A DNA stretch of 64,000 nucleotides from Synechococcus sp. (GCA_047284725.1 JBJBEO010000001.1:1784203-1848202), one strand, 5' to 3'; shown: positions 47,730 through 58,336, counted from the first letter of the stretch. The notes: generated by a model not told the origin, from the letters alone. Made by a program: numbers and translations.

Positions 47730-48202
47730 CCCCACCCATGCTCTCCGCACTAACGTTGCGCCAGTGCGATTTTGACCGCTTCGGCACCGCGCTTCTGCCG
47801 GTGGACGACATGGTTCCCCACAGTGATCGGGATGCCGAGCTGCAGTTCGCAGGAGACAACCTGCGGTACTACGTGATGCGTCTCAAACGACGACCTGCCG
47901 TGGTTGGCAGCATGACCCGCCATCTCAAAGCCACGCAATGCCTGGGTTCAGCCGATGCCAACCCCTGGTGGCTCGCGGTTGCCAGTGCAACCCTGCTGCC
48001 TGAGCAACTCGATGCCTCCAGCGTGAAGCTGGTGAAAGTGATGCCAGGCGAAGGCGTGAAACTGCATCCAGGCACCTGGCATGCCGGTCCCTTTTTTGCA
48101 GCCGACACCGCCCTGTTCTTCAATCTGGAACTGAGCGACACCAACCTCAACGACCACAACTGCCAACAGCTGGGTACACCGCTCAGACTGCGTCTGGACT
48201 GA
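47726..48202 (+). CDS. Ureidoglycolate lyase-like cupin
   Basis: FDRFG, MTRH..TQCL, GVKLHPGTWHAGP. Confidence 0.8.
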   Translation: MTPPMLSALTLRQCDFDRFGTALLPVDDMVPHSDRDAELQFAGDNLRYYVMRLKRRPAVVGSMTRHLKATQCLGSADANPWWLAVASATLLPEQLDASSVKLVKVMPGEGVKLHPGTWHAGPFFAADTALFFNLELSDTNLNDHNCQQLGTPLRLRLD

Positions 48203-48429
48203 TTGGCAACTGACACGCCAGACGAGACCAAAATTCGGATTGGTGTGTGTTGTGAGAACGACGCGTTGCGATCAGCGTCGGTGGCGCCTGGAACGATGAC
48301 GCAAGGCTTTGATCATGCGCCTTGGTTTCGAGAGAACACGCTCCACCTCGATCCGGTTCGACGCCCACAGCAGCACGGAGCACAACAGGATGACGCCAAC
48401 AAGACCGATGTAAAACCCGAGCACTGAGC

Positions 48430-48618
48430 TCAGGCCGCCAGAGAGATCGCATCGTGATCGTCCACGTTTGTCTGCAGATCGGCGAACGTTTCACCCTCGT
48501 CGATGGCATAAAGCTTGAACAAGGCCATGGCGGCTTCATCCCAGCGCTCAGCCTCCACCGCCTCCAACATCTGCTGGAAGCACATCACATTCACCACTTC
48601 CAGATCGAGCGCGTCCAT
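48430..48618 (-). CDS. Small acidic hypothetical protein
   Basis: Protein-like ORF. Confidence 0.5.
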   Translation of the reverse strand: MDALDLEVVNVMCFQQMLEAVEAERWDEAAMALFKLYAIDEGETFADLQTNVDDHDAISLAA

Positions 48619-48822
48619 CTCAGCCAGGCAGCTGGGTGAAAGCTATCAACCCCCAGCACGAAAAACAACGACAACCACAAACAATCGATGCGTTTGGCTT
48701 GAGGCAAGTCGACTGACAAGGGCCATGGCGAACCATGGCCCCAGAGATGAGCAATGCAACAAAGGAAGGTTGGCGGTGGATCATCGGGCTGCTAAGACGT
48801 CCAGGGAGACCTCGAACAATCA

Positions 48823-49020
48823 ATGACACCAACCACGCGCATGCACGTGTTGCGCCGTTCTCGCGAGATCGTCAACGACATTCTCACAGAACAGGAAAAA
48901 CAGGAGTATCAGATCATCAGCCAGCTGGACGAGGTAATTGCTAAAATCTCATCTGGAGTAGAAGAAGCCAACAAAAAAGAAAGCACAAGCAGCGCCAAAG
49001 CAGACGGGTCGAATTCATAA
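48823..49020 (+). CDS. Small hypothetical protein
   Basis: Helical ORF. Confidence 0.45.
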   Translation: MTPTTRMHVLRRSREIVNDILTEQEKQEYQIISQLDEVIAKISSGVEEANKKESTSSAKADGSNS

Positions 49021-49581
49021 GACTGCAATTCCACAAACAACAATGCCATGCGCCGATATTTCATCCATCGCAATGTGTCATCAAATCGCCAAAGACAAAA
49101 CCAATTCCAAAGCAGAGTAAAGACGACACGAAAAAGTAAGAAGTCACCCAACTTTACCCAAATGACTTCGATTCATTTAAAACAATCAGCCTGAAAAAAA
49201 TATTCAAGCGAAAATGTAAATTCGAACAGACAAAGGTCAGCGAAGAGGCCAATCCCATTAACTACGACTTACCACAGAAACGAAGCCTATCTCCTTAGCA
49301 ATTCCTAAAGCGACTGGGCCAAGAGACTCTCAAGCGAAATATTAAATCATTCGCCAAAACCAGGAAAATTTAGAAACTTGCATTAAAATTATTTTTTAAT
49401 TTAGGTGCAGCTTAATCCAAAATCGATAAATTCACTATAACAAAATGACCAGGGGTTGATGGCACAAGCTCAAGAAGCGGATGACAGAGGCGGGCACGGC
49501 TACACTGGGTCCGATAAACCATGAAAATCTCAGAAGACGCTTGGACTGCTCTCCATGCAATGCAAATAAAAATTCAAAATC

Positions 49582-51387
49582 ATGCCCAGATACGTTAATA
49601 ACATTTTTAAAGTGTTTTCTGGTAGCCATCGCCAGGAAAGCGTATCCAGGTCCAAGGCGATTGTATCCTTGTCTCCGATCATTCTAGTTATGTCAGCAGG
49701 GATGTTATCGGTAGATAGCCTACATAAACAATATGTTTTTACCTCCAAGGAGATTCAAGGGACCTACGACATTGAATACTTAATTCATCTAAGGACAGTG
49801 CTTAAAGAAACTCGTGGCCTTAGACAGTTTCCCAATGAATACTTATCTAAAAACATCAAGTTGCATTGGGATTTTGGCACACACTTTGCAGAAAAAGAGA
49901 CGCATGGAGAGCATCATCCACAGCATGAGCATGAGCATGAGCATGAGCATGAGCATGAGCAGAATACTCAAACTGAGAACGCAGAATCCGACAAAATTGC
50001 ATCGACCATTATCGAAAAAAATAGAGATGACATTACCTCGTCTCTCTCACATCGCAAATGGCTCGAAATCAAGAAGCGTTATGGATTTCACTTGGGTGAC
50101 ATCAAGATAGATCTCGTAAGGCCGCCTTCGTCTGGGATCCCTTTTGACTATAAAAGCGACTACGAACGTTACACTGAGCGTCTTGATGAATTAAATGAAT
50201 ACTTTGCTCTTGTTGCCGACAACTCAAATCTCATTCTAGATCCTGAGATTAGCACTTATTATTTGATGGACTTAACGGCCTCGACGTTGCCCATAATCAT
50301 TGACTTGATTGCAGAAAGTCGGGGCAGGCGCATAGCTCTTGAGACAGGAAGAGAAGAAAGGGATATCAGTAAAAACAAAAATGATACATCAGAGGAACTG
50401 GAAAAATTAGCCACATTAATCGACTTTAATCTAAGAAAACTAAATCGGACAATCAATATTCTAAGCTTCTCCAGTCCCTCCGCATACGAAAGCCTAGGGA
50501 TTGATCGCCTTGAGCTAGTTGACAAGATTGACCAACTAAAAAATGTTCTTACCGCCGAACCTATCGGCAACAAAGAAGCAACGATAAAAGACTGGAATAA
50601 AACCACTATGCTAATTGCATTTTTGCAAGAGATTCAAAACAAAGGCCTACAAATATTAAGGACAAAACTAGAGGAGAGACGTGATAAAATAGCTATGCAA
50701 ATTGCTATCATAACAAGCCTGTTGATATCAGGCTCTGTTCTGATCTACTATATCAATAATCGGCTTTTTGGAAGACTCTCAAGAGCTCTTGACGATATTA
50801 AAGAGTTAGCTAATACAGACTCGCTGACCAAATTATTATCCAGGAGAAGTCTGCCTTACTTATACAGGAGGGCTGTCAATGAATCCAGCAACTTTGGTGG
50901 CCTTGCGGTGTGCCTCCTTGACATTGATTTTTTTAAAGCCTTTAATGATACGTATGGGCATGCTCAAGGTGATGACGCGCTCGTTAAAGTTTCGGCGTTG
51001 TTAAAAGAATCACTCCTGAGAGATACTGATTACGCATTTCGCTATGGGGGCGAGGAATTCCTTCTCATTTTTGCCGCTTCTGAACTAAATAAAATGGACT
51101 ACTTTTTGCAGTCAATTCGCAGAGGTGTTGAAAATCTAAAAATTCCACATCATGCAAGCGATGTTGCTGATCATTTAACAATATCGATGGGAGCAGTCTT
51201 TATTCCTGAGTCCATCATGCCCATTGAATTAGAGACAGCTCTCTTGCAAGCAGATCGAGAGCTTTACAAAGTGAAAAAGAAATCCAGGAATGCTGTCTCC
51301 GTTGTCACGCTATCAACTCAAATGAAAGTTACTCTACGCGAAGAAATAAATTCAAAAAAAGATCGTCGGGTAAGCGACATAAATTAA
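49582..51387 (+). CDS. Membrane-bound diguanylate cyclase with periplasmic sensor
   Basis: Two TMs; DSLT, DIDFFKAFNDTYGHAQGD, RDTD I-site, GGEEF. Confidence 0.93.
   Translation: MPRYVNNIFKVFSGSHRQESVSRSKAIVSLSPIILVMSAGMLSVDSLHKQYVFTSKEIQGTYDIEYLIHLRTVLKETRGLRQFPNEYLSKNIKLHWDFGTHFAEKETHGEHHPQHEHEHEHEHEHEQNTQTENAESDKIASTIIEKNRDDITSSLSHRKWLEIKKRYGFHLGDIKIDLVRPPSSGIPFDYKSDYERYTERLDELNEYFALVADNSNLILDPEISTYYLMDLTASTLPIIIDLIAESRGRRIALETGREERDISKNKNDTSEELEKLATLIDFNLRKLNRTINILSFSSPSAYESLGIDRLELVDKIDQLKNVLTAEPIGNKEATIKDWNKTTMLIAFLQEIQNKGLQILRTKLEERRDKIAMQIAIITSLLISGSVLIYYINNRLFGRLSRALDDIKELANTDSLTKLLSRRSLPYLYRRAVNESSNFGGLAVCLLDIDFFKAFNDTYGHAQGDDALVKVSALLKESLLRDTDYAFRYGGEEFLLIFAASELNKMDYFLQSIRRGVENLKIPHHASDVADHLTISMGAVFIPESIMPIELETALLQADRELYKVKKKSRNAVSVVTLSTQMKVTLREEINSKKDRRVSDIN
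49924..49959. repeat. (CATGAG)6 in-frame microsatellite encoding (HE)6
   Basis: Directly visible. Confidence 0.97.
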
Positions 51388-51542
51388 TTATTGAGCCCCT
51401 AGAGTCACAGAAGAAGAATAAACACTTGAAAAAGATTCAAGAATCAAACCAGAAGAATGCAGATACGCTTGGACGCCAAACAATAGTTTTTAGCCAAGAA
51501 TAAAGCACGAAAATGCCACACCTCGCACTTAGAGTACATTAT

Positions 51543-53210
51543 CTATTTGATTAACACTTTTGTCATTATTTCCTTCTTGCTTAAAGGCGCTGATTTATGG
51601 AATCCCTGAAAATACTTGCAGCCATGAGAGTCTAAATAATCAATCTGATCATCACTTTCCACGCACTCTGCGCAGACCTCTAGGCCTAATTCGGTAGCCA
51701 TGGAGATCGTGCCATTGGTGATGGCAGTATTAGAAATATTTGCGGGAATATCTTTAATAAAACTCCCGTCGATTTTGATAGTTTTTATGGGTAATGCTTG
51801 CATAATTGACAATGAGGAAAAGCCAGTACCGAAATCATCAATGCAGAGAGCCACCCCTAACTTAGAAAGATCTTCAAACAACTCTTTCGCAGCCAGGAGA
51901 TCCTTTAGGAAAGAAGTCTCGGTCAGCTCAATTTTAAGCAGGCTAGGTGAGACATTATAGTGCTGACAAGCCGTTTTGATTTGCTGAGTATATGAAAAAT
52001 GTGTATTCATATAATATTCAATTTGTACAGCTGAAAAATTAATAGAGATGGGAACAGGGTTGATACCATCATTTTTCCAATCGTGAAGTGTCTTCAATAC
52101 TTCATCAAGAGACCAGTCCCAAATGCGATGAATTAAGTCAGTAGTTTCAGCAAGGGGGATAAAAGTAGAAGGGGAGATGTGTTTGTCATCATGTGTCCAG
52201 CGACTCAACGCTTCAATCCATGCGATGGCACCTTTATGATCAAAAATTGGTTGATAAGCCAGACTAAGCTCATTTTTTTTTATTGCGACAGCGAGATCGG
52301 CCATCATCTCGATCTCTTGATCAGTCTTGGTCTTCCGCAAGACCTTTGGAAAAGACTGGTGAATAAAGCTATCTTTATTTCGTTGCATTTTTTTCGAAGC
52401 CAACATCATAGCGTCCGCTTTTCTATAAACATCGAGCAACCGATCTCCGCTCTTTGACATGCAAACGCCGATAGAGGCATTGAGTCCGGATGCTATCAGC
52501 TCATTACTTAGCCGATAGGAAATGCCTGGAGCAATATCAATGTCACTATTAGATTCAAAAATCATGCAAAATTCATCACCACCAGTTCGAAAAATACTGT
52601 CTTGTTCACTGCGAATCAACCTTTGAAGGGTCTCACCAACTCTTTTGAGAACACGATCGCCAGCTTCATGACCAAAATCATCATTGATGATTTTAAAATC
52701 ATTGAGGTCGACAACAGCTACACAATAGAAGCATGACCGATAAAGAGAATTCTGATCGTTTTCTATCTTTGCATCCCATTCTCTTCTGTTCAAACATCCA
52801 GTAAGGCTATCTAAGTTATGATTTTTTTCTTTTGTAATGTCCCGAAAGATCCATGCCCGCGAACGTAATTCTGACGGGCCATCTGTTGCGAGACTAGATC
52901 GTGCAAACAAACGACCATCATTAAAATGGATTTCATCCTTTAATGAAAGATCTGTCCCATGGAGGGATTCAACTTTTTCGATAAACTCTTGCGGATCCTT
53001 AACTTGAGACAACACGCTATTTAAGAGCTCATGATCGTCACCTCGCTCAACGATGCTAAGAGGAATATTCCACATTTTAATAAATTTCTTATTGCAATAA
53101 GCTACTTTTCGAGTTTGATCATTAACGATCAGGATTCCATCCACCAGCTGATCCATAACGAGATCAAGAAGCTCGGCCAACCTTTCCTTCGTGTGGGATA
53201 TAAAATGCAT
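51543..53210 (-). CDS. PAS-GGDEF-EAL diguanylate cyclase/phosphodiesterase
   Basis: PAS (N.KF..MW, FRDIT), GGDEF, IEALSRW, ELTET, DDFGTGFSS, KIDGSF. Confidence 0.93.
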   Translation of the reverse strand: MHFISHTKERLAELLDLVMDQLVDGILIVNDQTRKVAYCNKKFIKMWNIPLSIVERGDDHELLNSVLSQVKDPQEFIEKVESLHGTDLSLKDEIHFNDGRLFARSSLATDGPSELRSRAWIFRDITKEKNHNLDSLTGCLNRREWDAKIENDQNSLYRSCFYCVAVVDLNDFKIINDDFGHEAGDRVLKRVGETLQRLIRSEQDSIFRTGGDEFCMIFESNSDIDIAPGISYRLSNELIASGLNASIGVCMSKSGDRLLDVYRKADAMMLASKKMQRNKDSFIHQSFPKVLRKTKTDQEIEMMADLAVAIKKNELSLAYQPIFDHKGAIAWIEALSRWTHDDKHISPSTFIPLAETTDLIHRIWDWSLDEVLKTLHDWKNDGINPVPISINFSAVQIEYYMNTHFSYTQQIKTACQHYNVSPSLLKIELTETSFLKDLLAAKELFEDLSKLGVALCIDDFGTGFSSLSIMQALPIKTIKIDGSFIKDIPANISNTAITNGTISMATELGLEVCAECVESDDQIDYLDSHGCKYFQGFHKSAPLSKKEIMTKVLIK

Positions 53211-53795
53211 CGCTTTCGGAGGAGTTGCAGCTCTACACACCCAACTGAATATTAGCCACCAAAAGAGAGTTAAATCCTTCAGGAAACACTCAGAATGATT
53301 AATTTACGTATCAACGACTACCAAAAAAGCAAGGGTGAAGAGCCTTGCATCGTTGGTGTGGATGACTCAAGCGACCAGTGGAGTGAATCCTGGTTCCTGC
53401 CTTGATACGTCCCAGCGACCTTCTGGTGAGGTTGAAGCCATAAGGCGCAAACACTGAAGGGCCTATGCGGATTGAAACGGGAGAAGCTCAGTATTGGCAG
53501 ACACGACATCCATTCAGATGACTGATGTTCAGCAAAAGTACGATGATGCACGAATTTAAAACGAACGTAGCCATCTGGATACCGAAAACAAGACGAATCA
53601 ACGTATCAATCGAGAGCGCATTAGAGAGGGACATTGACAATAAAACAAATTCAACCCTGGTTGTTGCGATGAGGATTCAATCCATCCAAGTAATCTGGAT
53701 GTAGGAGTCGCAAGCTTTCACCATGGATCAAGAGGCAATGACAGATAGCACGAGTATTGCCAGAATGTACCAGACACTGGGGCAAATCTCCAAAG

Positions 53796-54776
53796 ATGCA
53801 GAAAGCTAAGAGTACCTTCGGGAAGATTTTTAGTGAGCTACCGGCCATAAGCCTGATGATTTATCCTTTAATTGTATTACTTTTAGGCCACCTATTATTT
53901 GATAAACTTGGTTCTCTTTTTGCGGTCCATGGGTTGAGAGCATCTGAATCTCTCCTCTCGAGAGAAAACCACCACGAAGCGATTTCAAGCGGACATGTCT
54001 GGGCAGCAACTGCACATGCCTATATACTCGTTCAATTGTTTACGATGCTGATCCTGTTCATGTGGATCCGGTCGAAAACAAAAGGGCTTCAAACCACTTT
54101 TTACTTTTTTGCCGTAGGGATACTGATCGCTTCAGGATTGGCACACTTGCATTATGTAATCATCCATAGTCGACCTTTGAGCGCAATCTTCCAGATTACA
54201 TTCCAAAGTTTACAGCTTAATGATCACCTAGAGGTAAGACCAATACTCCCATCGATCTTTAGCGCATTGGTGATCATCAATGTGCTGAGTATAGTTGTCA
54301 TTGCTACTCTTATTCCATTCTTACCACTGATAGTGCGGGAACCAAACGGTGGTTGGAGAGAAAAAGACCTGTTAAATCGAGTCCAGGATTTGCGTCTGTT
54401 TACCGTCTTGGCATCCGTCTTTTTGATCGCGGGCACACTGCATATGTACGCCTGGATGACATGGGCGACAGAGCTTCTGAACAAAACGGCGTTGGAAGAT
54501 GTTGTGGGAAGCGTCTGCTTCTATTGGGGTTCCGTTTGGACAATCACGCTGGCGGCTTGTTATCTGCCAGTTCTCCTAACACTGAAGAATCGAGCCGAGA
54601 TCGTGATGGAAGCTCAGCATGTGCAACTGATCGATCGAGACGAATGGTTGAAGAGGCGTGGGCTTTCATTGCGAGTGGTCGATCAAATGCCCCAGGTCAT
54701 CGGGATTCTGGCCCCTCTTGCCGCGGCTCCTGTCGGACAGTTTCTGACCAGTCTCAGCACCCTGGTACCGAGCTGA
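53796..54776 (+). CDS. Multi-pass membrane protein of unknown function
   Basis: About 6-7 hydrophobic helices; start uncertain. Confidence 0.7.
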   Translation: MQKAKSTFGKIFSELPAISLMIYPLIVLLLGHLLFDKLGSLFAVHGLRASESLLSRENHHEAISSGHVWAATAHAYILVQLFTMLILFMWIRSKTKGLQTTFYFFAVGILIASGLAHLHYVIIHSRPLSAIFQITFQSLQLNDHLEVRPILPSIFSALVIINVLSIVVIATLIPFLPLIVREPNGGWREKDLLNRVQDLRLFTVLASVFLIAGTLHMYAWMTWATELLNKTALEDVVGSVCFYWGSVWTITLAACYLPVLLTLKNRAEIVMEAQHVQLIDRDEWLKRRGLSLRVVDQMPQVIGILAPLAAAPVGQFLTSLSTLVPS

Positions 54777-55019
54777 TTGATCGTGTGAATGCTCAGTGGC
54801 TCAAGCAATGTGATAGCCGGTGATAAGAGATTGATTTTGAAGCGATCAAAATCAATCAAAAACACAAAGAAGAAAGAAACTCACATCACTCTCGTAGTCT
54901 TTGTTACTTTTCAGTGGTCTTTAGAGCTCTCTCTCGGCTTCGTCTTTCCACAGCATGAAAAAATATAGCCAGATCACTTAGAACTCTTACAATCAGATAG
55001 TTGACGCTGCTTCGCTTGA

Positions 55020-56282
55020 GTGGAAACATCACAAGATCACTTAATCAGAACGATTAGACGGAGATACAAAACAGCTCTTCTTCTCATTGGACTATCGACA
55101 TTTGCAGCATGCTTATGCTTACGATTTTCTCTAGCCAGGTCTGAAAGTACTGCGTTGATTGTGAATATCTCAGGGAGACAACGAATGCTTAGTCAGCGGA
55201 TTGGCCTTGACGCATTAAAGGTCAACAATCTTTTGCAAGACTCAGACATACGCTTAGCTCGTGAAGCATCAAAGAGTTTACTTAAACACTCTGAAGAGAT
55301 GCAGGCTGCCAACAAGAAACTCTCGTCAGGTAATTTATCCAGTTCTCGTTTTGTTGTTCTTTCAAGCAAAATACGCGCTCTCTACTTTGGGCCAAAAAAC
55401 TTATCGCAGCGAGTGAATGACTACACAGAACTTGGAAGCCGTCTTTCAAAAATCTCTGATAGCGATCAAGCCACTCCCCTGGCCATGGAGATTATTGCAC
55501 TTGCTCCAGGTCTATTAAGTGATTTAAACGATGCAGTCGCCGTATACCAAACAGAAGGTGAACAAAATATTGAATTTTCTGAATACGTTGCCTGGGCAGC
55601 CATTTCGATTATTATCATTCTCCTGTTTATTGAAGCTAGATTTATTTTTAGGCCGATACTACGCATTGTAGAAGAAAGCAGAATGATGGAGGAGAAGCGA
55701 ATTGATGAGTTATCAGAACAGGTTGAGCTGCGAACGATCAAGCTGGAAAAAGCGAATCTAAGACTGCGAGAGATGGCGACTTGTGATCCGTTGACGGGGT
55801 TAAAAAATAGAACAACACTCTTCGATGAGATTGCGTTGCTGATTGGAATGTATCGAAAAAATCAAGTGCACTTTGCTCTTGCCTACCTCGACATTGATTT
55901 TTTCAAGAGCATCAATGATTGCCATGGCCACGCCTTCGGCGACTTTATCTTGAAAGAATTTTCTAGAATTATTCAAAGCAATCTAAGAGAATCTGACGAC
56001 TTTTATCGTGTTGGAGGAGAAGAGTTTGTGATTCTATTCAAGCGTGGCCCCCTGAGTGGAGTCGTCTCAAAGCTTGAGTATTTACAGCAATACTTAAGGG
56101 ATCACCTATTCTCAAAAGATACAACCAGCGCGAAAATAACTTTCAGTTGTGGAGTATTCCACACCAGCCAGTTTGAAAAGTTTGATATTGATCAGGCTTT
56201 GAATCTGGCCGACCAAGCCTTGTATGTGTCAAAAACATCTGGTCGTGACAAGATCACTATTGCAGAGAACAATAGAGGCTGA
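55020..56282 (+). CDS. Diguanylate cyclase with NarX/PilJ-type sensor domain
   Basis: P-box-like IVNISGRQRMLSQRI; RESD I-site; GGEEF. Confidence 0.92.
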   Translation: METSQDHLIRTIRRRYKTALLLIGLSTFAACLCLRFSLARSESTALIVNISGRQRMLSQRIGLDALKVNNLLQDSDIRLAREASKSLLKHSEEMQAANKKLSSGNLSSSRFVVLSSKIRALYFGPKNLSQRVNDYTELGSRLSKISDSDQATPLAMEIIALAPGLLSDLNDAVAVYQTEGEQNIEFSEYVAWAAISIIIILLFIEARFIFRPILRIVEESRMMEEKRIDELSEQVELRTIKLEKANLRLREMATCDPLTGLKNRTTLFDEIALLIGMYRKNQVHFALAYLDIDFFKSINDCHGHAFGDFILKEFSRIIQSNLRESDDFYRVGGEEFVILFKRGPLSGVVSKLEYLQQYLRDHLFSKDTTSAKITFSCGVFHTSQFEKFDIDQALNLADQALYVSKTSGRDKITIAENNRG

Positions 56283-56650
56283 AGCCCCAAATGCTTGCTG
56301 CCAGCACATTTCTTCTACTCAATCGAGCCGAGGTATTAAAGCACAGATTATCTTTTTTATATTTTAAATTAGAGAAGCATTTCCCCAACCTCTTGCGATT
56401 GAGTTGAAAATTCAGCAACGCAATCGATTCGATCGCCATTTTAATCGAATGCCAATAGCGACATGTTGCAGGTTCTAGTGCCTTAATCTCTATGGGATGA
56501 ATCGATCACTGTTTGAACAATATGAAATTACATGTCCCATGAATTGTCCCATTTTCCTACTGTGATCATTCAGGTTGTACCCAACGGAGCGATAGCAATC
56601 GCATGTCGACAACAATCGCTGTCATTGCTTGATCGATCCTGAGCCTTCAC

Positions 56651-56905
56651 TCATCGACCCTCACAGTGCTTCACAGCCTTGAGATAAATCAACTTCCCGG
56701 GCCCGTCCTGGCCTTCGAGTACAGCTCTGCGTAACTCCACTTGCTGATCGATACAACGGTTGTAGCGATGGTCTTTAACAGCCGTAGGGATCTGGAGCAC
56801 CGCAATCATCACAAGACTGCAACTTCCCATCAACGCCAGCACGGGATAAGCATGCGCTCTAACCATGTCGCGGGCTGTGAGCGATTGCTTGTTGTGGTCA
56901 ACCAT
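56651..56905 (-). CDS. Small membrane-anchored conserved protein
   Basis: RAHAYPVLAL..IP..YNRCI..AVKHCEG. Confidence 0.65.
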   Translation of the reverse strand: MVDHNKQSLTARDMVRAHAYPVLALMGSCSLVMIAVLQIPTAVKDHRYNRCIDQQVELRRAVLEGQDGPGKLIYLKAVKHCEGR

Positions 56906-56982
56906 CAGCACTGTCCCCAGCCATATGTCACTGCATGAATCATGCAGGGTCGGAGGCACGATTCGCCACCAACGACACGCCG

Positions 56983-57225
56983 TTAGTGGTGCTGCGCCCT
57001 GAACCCCTTCAACTTGTCGAGATCCTTGGACTGATCCAGCTTGAAATCGGTGAGGATCAGCGCCTTGCCAATCGTTCCGATGGCATCCTCCATGCGTTGC
57101 ATCGCTGCAGCACCTGCCTCCGATTGACGTGCTGAGCGAATCACAGCGGGTGTCAAAGCCGCCGCCCCCTCTTCCATCGAGGCTGCGATCTGCTCGACCA
57201 AGACCAACGCTTCATCGTTGCCCAT
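56983..57225 (-). CDS. Small hypothetical protein
   Basis: Helical ORF with typical codon usage. Confidence 0.6.
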   Translation of the reverse strand: MGNDEALVLVEQIAASMEEGAAALTPAVIRSARQSEAGAAAMQRMEDAIGTIGKALILTDFKLDQSKDLDKLKGFRAQHH

Positions 57226-57267
57226 GACATTGCTGCACCTTGTCATCCAGTGTGCAACGCAAACACT

Positions 57268-57489
57268 TCAGCGAAGGCCCGTTTCACCAAAGGTGACTTC
57301 CAGAATCGCCGCCTTCAGCAGCGTCTGCATGCGCTGCAGGTCGGCTTGCTCACCGGGGTCACCCCCAGGCCAGCGCTCGAGCCTGTAGCTGACCGAGTCG
57401 AGCAGCAGTCGCAGACCGCCTGCATCGAGGGAGAACTCAACGGTTGGCTCGGAAGGATGCGTGCCATCGCCATGATCGACGTCAGCCAT
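57268..57489 (-). CDS. Conserved small protein
   Basis: LRLLLDSV..LERWPGGDP.EQ..L..L..AILE. Confidence 0.7.
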   Translation of the reverse strand: MADVDHGDGTHPSEPTVEFSLDAGGLRLLLDSVSYRLERWPGGDPGEQADLQRMQTLLKAAILEVTFGETGLR

Positions 57490-57613
57490 CGACAGAAACA
57501 ACCGCTGCCAACAGTCTGGCTAAGGTGCCGTTAGACGACAGCCATGGCTCAGGGGCTCACGCGCTGGTGCAGATCGCCGAGCCGTTCGTCTTAAGACAAG
57601 TGAGAAGACCGCC

Positions 57614-58063
57614 TTGACGCATCGACGTTTCACCACTGTTGCCCTGTTGTTCATGGCCATCACCTCCGTCACACGACCTGGATACAGCGCTGAGTGGAAA
57701 CCGCCGCAGGAGCCTGAGATGTGGCAACAGATCAGGCAGACCCTGCAAACCAAGGGCATAATCGCCGAGTCCGCCTGGATCTTTTTCGGCTCGCTCGAAA
57801 ACGACACCAAGTTGGCCGCTGAGTACCTCAGCAACCCCAGAGCGACCGACAACGGCACCGCCTTCGATGGGCTACTGCTGCTCAAGCGCAGTCAGACCAA
57901 GGAAGGAACACCCCCTGGGTGGACTACGCGCCCCCTAAGCATGCGCGCCATCTGCTCCGAGGGTCGTCTGGAACGACAGGGAGCCGATGGTGCCTGGACT
58001 GACTATTCAGGCCGACCGGACACGGCCGCCAAAGTGAGCTGGATCTGTCAGCAAGCCCTTTGA
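57614..58063 (+). CDS. Hypothetical secreted protein
   Basis: Signal peptide; Cys pair ending SWIC. Confidence 0.65.
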   Translation: MTHRRFTTVALLFMAITSVTRPGYSAEWKPPQEPEMWQQIRQTLQTKGIIAESAWIFFGSLENDTKLAAEYLSNPRATDNGTAFDGLLLLKRSQTKEGTPPGWTTRPLSMRAICSEGRLERQGADGAWTDYSGRPDTAAKVSWICQQAL

Positions 58064-58066
58064 CCT

Positions 58067-58336
58067 TCAGCCTGAAGGTTGATGGTCACCCGCTTCATCG
58101 CTGGCAGGAGCATGGCCTGAGCGTTTAATCAATTCGGCCAGCATGTTGAGCTTGGCATTTTCAGAATCAGAGGCCCGTGCTGCCAACCAAGAGCTGGCCG
58201 TTTTTTGCTGATCCAGTTGTTGGACCAGCGCCAACGCTGCTTGGCGCAACTCCTCGATGTTCTGGCAGTCACGAATCCAGCGAGACAACCGCTCACTTTC
58301 AAAAGACTGCTCAAGGCCTTTCTGCAATGGATCCAT
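58067..58336 (-). CDS. Small helical protein, possibly NblA-like
   Basis: LEQSF..IRD..EEL..LVQQ pattern; overlaps the end of the carboxypeptidase gene. Confidence 0.6.
   Translation of the reverse strand: MDPLQKGLEQSFESERLSRWIRDCQNIEELRQAALALVQQLDQQKTASSWLAARASDSENAKLNMLAELIKRSGHAPASDEAGDHQPSG

Larger units (their letters stand above)
48950..56560. other. AT-rich genomic island carrying c-di-GMP signalling genes (boundaries approximate)
   Basis: Abrupt visible shift to AT-rich sequence and codon usage; no integrase seen. Confidence 0.75.

Noticed and set aside
8401..49959. Tandem repeats (8401, 17588, 49924) as CRISPR arrays
   Set aside because: Short, in-frame, no spacers and no cas genes
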